In this document: piece after piece, positions 38,770 through 47,621 of the stretch
Layout of the letters: the number at the start of each line of letters is the position of its first letter
Position numbering within the stretch: position 1 is the first letter of the stretch
Assembly (NCBI GenBank): GCA_046314355.1
Contig: JBKBWQ010000001.1
Coordinates: 736,001 to 800,000 of the forward strand
DNA from: Candidatus Altimarinota bacterium
Lineage (GTDB): Bacteria; Patescibacteriota; Gracilibacteria; 1-14-2-50-48-13
Direction: 5' to 3'
Length of the DNA: 64,000 bases
Notes under the pieces: generated by a model
Seen by the model: only the letters and a program-made list of their open reading frames with translations
Database searches by the model: none
Told to the model about the DNA's origin: nothing
Made by a program: the position numbers and the translations under genes

Positions 38770-39882
38770 TCATAAGTCTGTACTCCTCTCATCATCATAT
38801 TCAAAATTTATTAATTTACTTTGAGTAGAATATTTTTTATACATTTCTTTACCTTCATTGAAAGCATTAGCACTGCTATAGAAAGTTTGAAAGTGCATAG
38901 AACAATTGATGGTACCAATCCCATTTTTTTCTGCAATCGCACCTATATATTCCAGCAAACTGGCAGTAAGTGCACTTTCATGGGAAGAACTGTCTTCATC
39001 TAATTTATAAAATGTATACTCTTTGTAAATCTCTTGGAATAGTTCAGTTCCATTAAGTGTGGTTAGGTCCCTTATGAGGTATTTAGAATCACTTAAATCT
39101 ACCTTTTGAAATTCAATACGCTCAACATGTTTAGCACGCATGTTTGCATCCAAATCTGGATTATAGTTCGAAAGTAACTTTTTTTGTTCATCTGATAATG
39201 CAAAATATCCTTTTTGTTCATCATCTTTTTCTTTGCTCTCTACCCTCACCGTGAGATCCCCAAAAGATGCACTCCTACTATTATTAAGATATATCTGATC
39301 CTTTTCAGATAAGAGCATATACGGTGTTTCAAATAAAAGAATGGCTGTTTTCTTCTTCTTATTTTTACATAGAACAAGATTACTACGTAAGAAGGGTACT
39401 TTGATCAAGTCATACTTTGATTGTAAATCAACAAGTTTTTTCCCTTGAAAGATCTTTTTTATCTCAAAAATAGAATAGTTCTTTTTTGAGAAGTCTTCTC
39501 CAACCTCAGTAGATTTTTCATTTATTTCAGATTTCTTATGCAAATCTTTTTGAAGTGCTTCTAGGAAAGCAAAATATGAGTTTTCTCTAATTTCCTCAGT
39601 AAATCTCAATCTTGAAAGATTAGTTTCTTCTTTAATTCTACTTTCTATCTTACCAAAAAGCTTGGATACATCTGTACGTACTTCGTATAATGATTTATTT
39701 ATCTGCTCTGAGTCATCTAAATAGATAGGATTGCGAACTTTCAGTAGTTGCGTAATCTCACTTATTTTCTTACTCATCTCCTCTAGCAGTCCGTTCACAA
39801 TTTGATCAGCAGCACTACTTTCTATTTCTTTAATGTCCTCTACTGAGTTTACTTTTGGCGTGAGATCATGATTTGATTCCAT
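38770..39882 (-). CDS. Hypothetical protein, possibly GNAT-like C-terminus
   Basis: 370-aa ORF; SLLEYIGAIAEKNGIGTINC. Confidence 0.7.
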   Translation of the reverse strand: MESNHDLTPKVNSVEDIKEIESSAADQIVNGLLEEMSKKISEITQLLKVRNPIYLDDSEQINKSLYEVRTDVSKLFGKIESRIKEETNLSRLRFTEEIRENSYFAFLEALQKDLHKKSEINEKSTEVGEDFSKKNYSIFEIKKIFQGKKLVDLQSKYDLIKVPFLRSNLVLCKNKKKKTAILLFETPYMLLSEKDQIYLNNSRSASFGDLTVRVESKEKDDEQKGYFALSDEQKKLLSNYNPDLDANMRAKHVERIEFQKVDLSDSKYLIRDLTTLNGTELFQEIYKEYTFYKLDEDSSSHESALTASLLEYIGAIAEKNGIGTINCSMHFQTFYSSANAFNEGKEMYKKYSTQSKLINFEYDDERSTDL

Positions 39883-39937
39883 AAAATATGGGCAATTTGA
39901 TAAAATACTAGCTGTTGCTTATTTCTGAGACTACAAC

Positions 39938-40115
39938 GATTCTAATGAATCACTCGCAACTCCATGATTCGTAAGTACTTTAACCACTAATTTACAAAGG
40001 TAAAAAATATTGATTTAACCAATTTATAAAAATAACTTTATTTGTTAATAAAGTATTTATTTTGTTTACTATAAACGTTTTTTAGAAAATATATTTGTCA
40101 TTTATTTCTGACAAA
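39938..40115 (-). promoter_or_regulatory. Duplicated promoter/leader block, copy B
   Basis: TTCGTAAGTACTTTAACCACTAATTTACAAAGGTAAA and downstream AT blocks match copy A. Confidence 0.7.
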
Positions 40116-40172
40116 GATAAACATATGTACTAAAGAACATCTAAATAAGCATCAATTCCTCTAGCTACAATT

Positions 40173-40949
40173 TTATCCTTCTAAATCCTCCTTCGTCTTA
40201 CTCCCCTCCCAAAGCAAGTCAAACATATCCTTCATTGTCTGCGAGAAATCTCTAGAAGTCAGTACAAGTGCATAGTTCTCACCTTTTGTAGAAACAATAG
40301 CTACATGCTCATCCCAGATATAAATGATGGATTGAGGCTTTAATGTCTTCGGAAGGTAGCGAATCTCTCTCATCCAATCTTGTTCACCTTTCAAATAGAG
40401 AGGAATATCATCAAGAGCTTCATACGCAGCATAAGGCCGCAGGCTATACTGCATGATATCATTTTTAATACGAGTAGTGGTAATAAGCGAAAGGAACTCA
40501 TCATCATCCACAGTGCTTCGCAGAATAGATGGACTCTGAAGTACTCGAAACTTCTTCTCCACATTATTCGTCACGATCTCCATATGTACTTCCTTTATCC
40601 CTTCTATTCCTTCATAGAATCTTGTAACTGGTCGGAAAGTATCATTAGACTGAAAAAGAGCATTAAGAAGAGGAACTGTTTTTGCTACCTCATCCATTCT
40701 CTGACGCATAATAAAGTTTAGTCTCTCTGGACTCACAGCGCTGTAAATATAACTTTTTCCAGAACGCTTTTTCATGAGAAGTCCCATCTTTGTCAGCTTC
40801 TCAAGATTGGCATATACTGCGGTTCTCTGAAGCCGAGCCTTCTTTGCAATTGCCGTTGCTCCTCCAGTACCAATTGTTAAAGCTCCTACATATGTTTGAG
40901 ACATACTTTCGTCCAAATTCAGATAATGAAGGGCATGTGATATATCCAT
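40173..40949 (-). CDS. TrmB-family transcriptional regulator
   Basis: wHTH IAKKARLQRTAVYANLEKL, YSAVSPE, FYEGIEGIK, IWDEHVAIVS, FDLLW. Confidence 0.9.
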   Translation of the reverse strand: MDISHALHYLNLDESMSQTYVGALTIGTGGATAIAKKARLQRTAVYANLEKLTKMGLLMKKRSGKSYIYSAVSPERLNFIMRQRMDEVAKTVPLLNALFQSNDTFRPVTRFYEGIEGIKEVHMEIVTNNVEKKFRVLQSPSILRSTVDDDEFLSLITTTRIKNDIMQYSLRPYAAYEALDDIPLYLKGEQDWMREIRYLPKTLKPQSIIYIWDEHVAIVSTKGENYALVLTSRDFSQTMKDMFDLLWEGSKTKEDLEG

Positions 40950-41146
40950 ATTGTAACTTTATAATGACAAGTAAGTATGCTCCTATGCTTTTGATTATAG
41001 ATAAATTGTAGCACACATTATATACTTATGTCATTAAAAATCATCTATACTCGTCATCTATTTCCAAAACTATATTAGCCTAAAAATTGGCAATGCTAGA
41101 CAACTATGTTATAGTACTTTATTAGTCATTATCCCTTTCCCATTTT

Positions 41147-41533
41147 ATGGCAACATCTCTTTTTATCGCAAAGGTCCTTGGTATTATGTACGTAGTCGTA
41201 GCTCTTGGGCTATTACTCAACAGAGAGTACTATCAGAAAGCACTTGGCAACATGATCAAGGATGCTGGAGCGATGTACATCAGCGGCTATATCGGAGTGA
41301 TTGTTGGTACAGTTCTTATACTCCTGCATAATACTTGGAATGCAGATTGGACTACTATTATCACAGTCTTTGCATGGATCGTATTCTTCAAGGGAGTATG
41401 GATACTTTTAGCTCCTACAAGCATGGGAACATCTAGTCAAAAGATCCTGAATAACAACAATTTATTTATGGGATCAGCAGTCATTGCTCTTATCCTTGGC
41501 GGTATTCTTACATACTGCGGATTTATGATGTAA
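41147..41533 (+). CDS. Hypothetical membrane protein
   Basis: Four TM segments; HNTW..DWTTIIT..W..KG. Confidence 0.8.
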   Translation: MATSLFIAKVLGIMYVVVALGLLLNREYYQKALGNMIKDAGAMYISGYIGVIVGTVLILLHNTWNADWTTIITVFAWIVFFKGVWILLAPTSMGTSSQKILNNNNLFMGSAVIALILGGILTYCGFMM

Positions 41534-41605
41534 TTCCAAGAAAGATTGCATTTAAAAGACATATGTATTTCAATACCGCATATGTCTTTTTTTATAATAC
41601 CTTCC

Positions 41606-42007
41606 ATGTTCAAGAATATTCTCACTGTCCTCTTAGGGCTTGCCGTAGCATTTATCACTATGATGATTTTTGAATTTGTGAATTCTCTCTTTTTTCCATT
41701 CCCAGCCGGAATGAATATAAATGATATATCTCAAGTAAGAGCGTTTACACAGGTACTTCCATGGACTGCATATATACTTGTACTCACGGGCTGGGCAACG
41801 GGATCTCTTTTTGGCGGATATATGATGCAGAAATATAATCCTGGGAAAATAATACTTCCTGTTATTACAGGAATACTTTTAAGTATTTTAGGCGTTATCA
41901 ACTTTATCATGCTGACGCATCCTATTTGGGTAATAGTCATAGGGATACTACTCTTATTTGGAGGAGTAATAATTGGATACAGATGCTTTCACAAGAAGAA
42001 AGTTTAA
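41606..42007 (+). CDS. Hypothetical membrane protein
   Basis: MFKNILTVLLG; four TM segments; HPIW. Confidence 0.78.
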   Translation: MFKNILTVLLGLAVAFITMMIFEFVNSLFFPFPAGMNINDISQVRAFTQVLPWTAYILVLTGWATGSLFGGYMMQKYNPGKIILPVITGILLSILGVINFIMLTHPIWVIVIGILLLFGGVIIGYRCFHKKKV

Positions 42008-42173
42008 GACCTTAAAATAATATAAAAGGAGCAAAAACGCCTCATCGGCGCTCTGCTCCTTTTTCTTTTTAAGGTTTTCTAGTTTCTGTCAAGCAGTTCC
42101 AGAGTCAAGGTATTTTCAATTTTAAGTTCTATGCTATACTTGAGACATTAGATACTATTCTTCACATAGCATT

Positions 42174-43004
42174 ATGTTTGAAACAAAGAATTTAGAGTCA
42201 GGAAGTAAAGAGCTCCCTCTCTCACCTTCAATAGAGACATCGAAGGACATTCTTGGTGCTGCAAAGCAGCTCATGCTTAAATTTGGGAAGAAGATTAAGG
42301 ATATCGCACTCATGGAAGTGAAGCTTCCTAAGTTTGGTAGAGCAGAAAAGGCTGCTGCCGTTGAGGACCTTTCAAAAAATACTGCTGAAGAAAATGGCGT
42401 ATTAGCGATGAATGTGCTAGAAGATACTCTCGAGGAGAATGCTGAGACTATTGAAACAGAGCAAAATCCTGAAACAGCTACTGATATTAAAGCCTATACG
42501 TCCAGTGGCATCACACTCGTACTTGATCGAGATGACAAAAATGTGCGAAGCAATAAGGCAGATGGCTTTGGACCAGATGAGAGATCTACTAAATGGAATG
42601 ATGAAACATGGTCAGCTTATCAAAAGCTAACCAACCGAAACACTACGATGCCGGATATTAATGTACCTACAAACACACCAGATGAGATCTTACATTTCAT
42701 GGTTTTGGCGGAACAGTCATTTAATACTCCTGTAGAGAACTTTAGCAAAGATATGCTCATCGGTAGAGCAGAAGCCAGCAAAGAATATATGGAAAGAATT
42801 GGTGTCATAAAAGCATTATTAATAACAAACGCTGCACAGGCATCTGCTGAAGCAACTGAATTAAAGAATGAAATGCTTGAGACAGGAGTATACGGAAAAG
42901 CACCTTCCCTTTCTTCTAATAAAGAGTATTCAGACGGAGAGATGATAGCAGCTATGGATAAAGTAAATACACAGCTAAAGAACCAGGAAGAATTAGATAT
43001 GTAA
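42174..43004 (+). CDS. Hypothetical acidic protein
   Basis: 276-aa ORF with TGCTATACT -10 upstream and hairpin downstream. Confidence 0.7.
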   Translation: MFETKNLESGSKELPLSPSIETSKDILGAAKQLMLKFGKKIKDIALMEVKLPKFGRAEKAAAVEDLSKNTAEENGVLAMNVLEDTLEENAETIETEQNPETATDIKAYTSSGITLVLDRDDKNVRSNKADGFGPDERSTKWNDETWSAYQKLTNRNTTMPDINVPTNTPDEILHFMVLAEQSFNTPVENFSKDMLIGRAEASKEYMERIGVIKALLITNAAQASAEATELKNEMLETGVYGKAPSLSSNKEYSDGEMIAAMDKVNTQLKNQEELDM

Positions 43005-43079
43005 TAAAAAAAGCAGAATATATTTCTATATTCTGCCGGGTTGGTAAGTTTTAAGAGTTCAAAGACCTATGCTGACATG

Positions 43080-43511
43080 TTAAACTGAGATAGTTTCCCT
43101 TGCCTTCATAATCAAAAACTCCTGCGACATAACTTCTGTTTCTATTTTACTGCCATTTACGGCAACAAAGTAGTCATGAGGTTTTTCTTCGATTTTTGCT
43201 ACTGAAATGAACGGTATTTTGCCGGTGACAAATCGACCTAATTTGTTTATACCTTCCTCTCCTGAATCAAAAACCTTTTGCAAGGTTGAGGTTTTGTCTC
43301 TAAAGACAATCACACTCTTCTTTGATTCTAATAAGTAGGTTTCAACGCCTTTGATCTTAACTATCGTGGGCATGTTGTCAATGAGTCCATTATTCAATAT
43401 ATATCTACATAGTTCCCATAGTTGAGAACTATACTTAGATGCTAATGTCTCATTGTTTTTCTCAGGAGGCGGCTCGGCCTTCTGAGGAGGTATGGGAGAA
43501 TGTTTTTCCAT
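43080..43511 (-). CDS. Hypothetical protein
   Basis: 143-aa ORF with AAGGAGG SD. Confidence 0.65.
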   Translation of the reverse strand: MEKHSPIPPQKAEPPPEKNNETLASKYSSQLWELCRYILNNGLIDNMPTIVKIKGVETYLLESKKSVIVFRDKTSTLQKVFDSGEEGINKLGRFVTGKIPFISVAKIEEKPHDYFVAVNGSKIETEVMSQEFLIMKARETISV

Positions 43512-43635
43512 CTCTTCCCTCCTTTCGTACTACTGTACAACAATGATAATATGTATGTTTTTGCGATTACTTACCAATATCGCAGAGACAGTATAAGGAG
43601 AGAAAGGAAGAATGCAATATTACTAATAATTTAGG

Positions 43636-46287
43636 CTATATTGCGTTCTTCTGCTTGTAATATTCTCTTAGTGCTATAGAAGGGATTCTAGTACTAATGC
43701 TATTACCGCTACGTGCTCCATTCATGAAATTATCTACAATTTTAAACTGTGCCTCTTTACCTAGCATATCAAACTCAAGCTTTACTGCTTCAAACATAGT
43801 GACCTGCATTTCTGTATTGAATTGTTCCTGAATGCTTTGCCTTATCTGCTCCTGTTCTTCCACGCTGAAGTTAGCAAACTTTTTACCTTTCTCTAAAGCT
43901 TCAGCATAGTCTTGATAAGTACTCGGTGCATTTACTTTTACAGATTCTTGTAAATACTTAGTGATTTCATCAAAGGGTATTAAATTCCCAATTGCAGTTT
44001 GTCCTGTCATCTGAGCATCTAAAAACATTTTAAGTATCTGCTTCTTCAAATCTTCAGAGAGTACATAAAAAGGTAACTTCCCCTGACGGAACATCTCATT
44101 CTGCTGTTCAAGAGAATGAAGTTTTTCAACAGTCTTTTTTATAGTATCTTGTTCTTTTTCATTAAACTCCTCATATTTCTTCACTCCTCCGATAAGTTCC
44201 TGATATTCCTTTGATGAGTTAGGATTACTTAGCTGAACTATACTTGCTTTGTAGTTAGCTGCTGCCTGATGGACATCAAACTCATTTACCAACTGATGCA
44301 TTTTTGTAACTTTATCTATCAGGTTAACATTAATAAGACCATCTTTAAGACCTGGCGTAAGGACACTGATAATATAATCAATGGCCTCTGGAGATGGGTC
44401 AGTGAGTCCATTTGCATCTAGTTTAGTGTTAACTATATACCCTACCTGAAGCTTCAAATATTCTGGATTTGTAGATTTATATGCTCTAGAGTTTTCTTTT
44501 TCCGTAATTCTATTTGATATTCCAAGGAGCTTAGATTCAATGCTTTCAAAGCTTTTAAGCTTTTTCTCACTAGCGTCCACATCCTCTTTTTTACTTTTTC
44601 GATATTTATCTAACTGTTCATAGCTGTATTTTCCACCAAAATCATCTACAATTCCTGCTTTCAAAGGCAGCACAGGAATACTTTTTATATTTCCAAAGCC
44701 TTCTTTACATTTCTTGACGAAGTCAGAGAGTAATGAGAGCTGAGTAACTGTTCTTACATCATCCTTAGGCTGCGAAACTTCAATATCATGTTTTACAGAG
44801 AGAAAGAACTTCTCAAAGAAATTATAGAGATGTACTGATTCTTTTCCTGGCTCCTCTGTCTTAGTAAATTCTGACACTTTAGAGAGTGCACTATTAATAA
44901 ATCTTACATACATACAGAATGTATAAAGACCAATATGTAATGGTGCTTCTTCATTTGCTATAGTTCTTAGAAGTGTCCTTTGCTGAGATTCACGCGGAAT
45001 ATAGTCACATCCAAATCCTGAGACACCAAACCATTTTTGAGATCTGCTGTCTGCAGTGGAAAAGGATTTTTGCCCTTTATATAAGAGCTTCATTACAGAC
45101 TGAATATTCTTCACTGGCACGCCGTAAATAGTTCCAGATGAATTTTCATCCTTTCCATAAAGAAAATCCATCAGATCTACCGTCTCTTCAGTAGGCTGGT
45201 ACAGAGAAAGAAGAGTTTTCTTAAAGTCATTGAGGGAGAGCTTATAGTATTCGTCGATAATATCCTGCTGCAGCTGTGCAACCTTGCCGTGCTGATCATA
45301 CTTAAGAGGATCAAAACTTATAGTAATCTCTTTTACAGCTTTATGCATTTTCTTTGCCTCAAGACTGTTTCTCTCTACATTCTTTATCTGATCAAAGTAT
45401 TCTTTCATCGGCTTAATGAAGCTCAATATTGCCTCGTAATACTGCAGTTCTCTTTGGTCATTACGGCTGAGATCATAATGAGTTTTAAAAAACACTGCCA
45501 TGTTATCGATCTCATCTTTTAGTTTATTGAAGAACCCATTATCTTTTAGTCTTTTGCTTGAAAGATTGTTCTCAAAACTAATAAGCGTTTCGTAGGCATT
45601 CTTCAGCGTCATCATGTACTTCACAGTATTATAAACGTATTTTTCGTCTTTAAATGTATAGATAACTGTAGTGGAATTAATAGCACTCCTTGGAGTAATC
45701 AGGTTGAGCTTTTCAAGATGACAGACTTTTTCTGCCCACTCAGGAGATTTAATAGAGTACTTTCCATCGGTTTTATCTGCTAACTTAAAGATCTTTTTAT
45801 CCTCAAAAAGTGCGCGCACATATTTCACAGTCTCTTGCTCGCTTGGTACCCTCTTTAGAGGTAAAGAGAAGAAGCTATCCTTCATTTGAGTAATATTTAT
45901 ATCAAGCACTCCATTTGGATCAGTGAGAATACCTGTAATTGCTCTCTCATTTTTATCGAGATTATTTTTCGTTTGAGTATACGGTTTAATTATTTCCTCC
46001 AGCTCTTTGATTTTATCAGTAAAGAGTTTTTCCTTTGCTCTCTGAGATGCAACCGCATTCTCAAGTACTTGCTTATCATCAGCTAATCCATTAACAGCCT
46101 CCAGACATACTTTCTGAAGACCCTGCTCGTAATTTCTAAGAGACATATTAGCAGGCTGGTTGTCCACAATATACTCAGCTCTAGGATCCCACCCAGAGTA
46201 CTTTCTTCTCTGATTATTTGTAGTCCTGATATTGAGAGCGTTTGAGTGATTGCCGTTCCCGTTTCCATTGTTATTATTAACTTCCAT
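43636..46287 (-). CDS. Large hypothetical protein with C-terminal ~95-aa tandem duplication
   Basis: 883-aa ORF; helical; two aligned C-terminal repeats. Confidence 0.8.
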   Translation of the reverse strand: MEVNNNNGNGNGNHSNALNIRTTNNQRRKYSGWDPRAEYIVDNQPANMSLRNYEQGLQKVCLEAVNGLADDKQVLENAVASQRAKEKLFTDKIKELEEIIKPYTQTKNNLDKNERAITGILTDPNGVLDINITQMKDSFFSLPLKRVPSEQETVKYVRALFEDKKIFKLADKTDGKYSIKSPEWAEKVCHLEKLNLITPRSAINSTTVIYTFKDEKYVYNTVKYMMTLKNAYETLISFENNLSSKRLKDNGFFNKLKDEIDNMAVFFKTHYDLSRNDQRELQYYEAILSFIKPMKEYFDQIKNVERNSLEAKKMHKAVKEITISFDPLKYDQHGKVAQLQQDIIDEYYKLSLNDFKKTLLSLYQPTEETVDLMDFLYGKDENSSGTIYGVPVKNIQSVMKLLYKGQKSFSTADSRSQKWFGVSGFGCDYIPRESQQRTLLRTIANEEAPLHIGLYTFCMYVRFINSALSKVSEFTKTEEPGKESVHLYNFFEKFFLSVKHDIEVSQPKDDVRTVTQLSLLSDFVKKCKEGFGNIKSIPVLPLKAGIVDDFGGKYSYEQLDKYRKSKKEDVDASEKKLKSFESIESKLLGISNRITEKENSRAYKSTNPEYLKLQVGYIVNTKLDANGLTDPSPEAIDYIISVLTPGLKDGLINVNLIDKVTKMHQLVNEFDVHQAAANYKASIVQLSNPNSSKEYQELIGGVKKYEEFNEKEQDTIKKTVEKLHSLEQQNEMFRQGKLPFYVLSEDLKKQILKMFLDAQMTGQTAIGNLIPFDEITKYLQESVKVNAPSTYQDYAEALEKGKKFANFSVEEQEQIRQSIQEQFNTEMQVTMFEAVKLEFDMLGKEAQFKIVDNFMNGARSGNSISTRIPSIALREYYKQKNAI

Positions 46288-46594
46288 ACTATGCTGATTT
46301 ATATAGTAACTTTTATGATATTATACCATAAAGATCAATCCTTATGATACATTTTTGCAAGTATAATAATCTTTTCTATAAACACAAGGATTCTTTTTGC
46401 AGAAGGAATATTTCATCTTTAGTCTACCTAAAAAATCTAATATATAAAGTGTTTATTATTTCAACATAAATAGATTAAAATTCTGTAAAAAAATTTATAA
46501 ATCTTAGATTAGTAAATCTAGGTATTTCAACAATGTCACTATTTGACAATAATCTTGAGAGTTCTATACTAAAAAATCATTTACCTTTCTCTCT

Positions 46595-47569
46595 ATGCCC
46601 TTCAATTATCAGGAAAGAAAAGAGATCAAGACCACACGCAGAGAGCTCCTGGATCAAAAGATACGGGAATCAAAGCTGTTTTCTGAAGCTGCAGAAGGAA
46701 TATCAAATGCAGATGCAGCTGCCACGATCCTCTATGATGCTCTGTATTATACAGAACGTCTGAAAGCATTGTATGGAAGAAAATTACAGGCATTCGCAGA
46801 TGTAGGACGTGAGAGAATTCTCTATGATGCTACCTTTGAAAAAGAGATAGTACCGGAGAAAGAAGTCTTTATTGATGAAGTGCGGTCTGCTATGACTCAG
46901 CCTATGAAAATCTCAAAGGCAATGTATAAAGGGGCACGTCCTTTTTTGAGGAAACTTACAAAATACGGAAAAGTAAGAATCTGGACGCAGGGTGATCATG
47001 CAGGAAGAAAAGCAGTCATGGATAAGGATGGACAGGTTGTAGAAAAGTATTGGAGAGGAAGTGAAGAGCAGGTAAAGAAAATAAACGCATCCGGTATCTC
47101 AAGAATTCGTGAAAAAGTAGGGGCAGAAATATTTGATATGATCGTCGGAGAAGATAAATTTTCTCTACTAATAGACAAACTTGAACAGGCAAAAAGAGAA
47201 GGAATAGAATACTGCTTTATCGTTGAAGATAGGATGCGAAATCTCAAAAAAGCTCAAGACACCATTGCGAAAGAAGCTGAGAGTGGAAAAGACTTACCCG
47301 TCATTATTCCGCTTTGGATACGTCAGGGACACTTCAAGGATATGTATGAGGATATTTCAGAGGAGGATATCATGGAGCATTATCATCCCTCCTTTAACTT
47401 TGATGAAATTATTCATACTATCAGAAGCATGAAAAGTATTACCCAGGGGAAAAAAGTGCTTTTTCTTGTGGATCTTGACGGTGTTTCTATCAAAGATAAA
47501 GAATACTTTGATCTCTCAGTAGCAACTGTGGAAAAAACTATCTTGAAACATAAATGGATACATTTATAG
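46595..47569 (+). CDS. HAD-superfamily hydrolase, apparently circularly permuted
   Basis: YKGARPFL, IWTQG, IVEDR, with FLVDLDGV at the C-terminus. Confidence 0.65.
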   Translation: MPFNYQERKEIKTTRRELLDQKIRESKLFSEAAEGISNADAAATILYDALYYTERLKALYGRKLQAFADVGRERILYDATFEKEIVPEKEVFIDEVRSAMTQPMKISKAMYKGARPFLRKLTKYGKVRIWTQGDHAGRKAVMDKDGQVVEKYWRGSEEQVKKINASGISRIREKVGAEIFDMIVGEDKFSLLIDKLEQAKREGIEYCFIVEDRMRNLKKAQDTIAKEAESGKDLPVIIPLWIRQGHFKDMYEDISEEDIMEHYHPSFNFDEIIHTIRSMKSITQGKKVLFLVDLDGVSIKDKEYFDLSVATVEKTILKHKWIHL

Positions 47570-47621
47570 CAGCTTCCTTAAGAACTTTTAAAGAACGTAT
47601 CTGAAGATCCTTATACAAAGA

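Noticed and set aside
38240-39990. 17-18-codon GTG leader peptides in the duplicated blocks
   Set aside because: The GTG falls inside the predicted promoter spacer, so conservation is better explained by promoter plus hairpin
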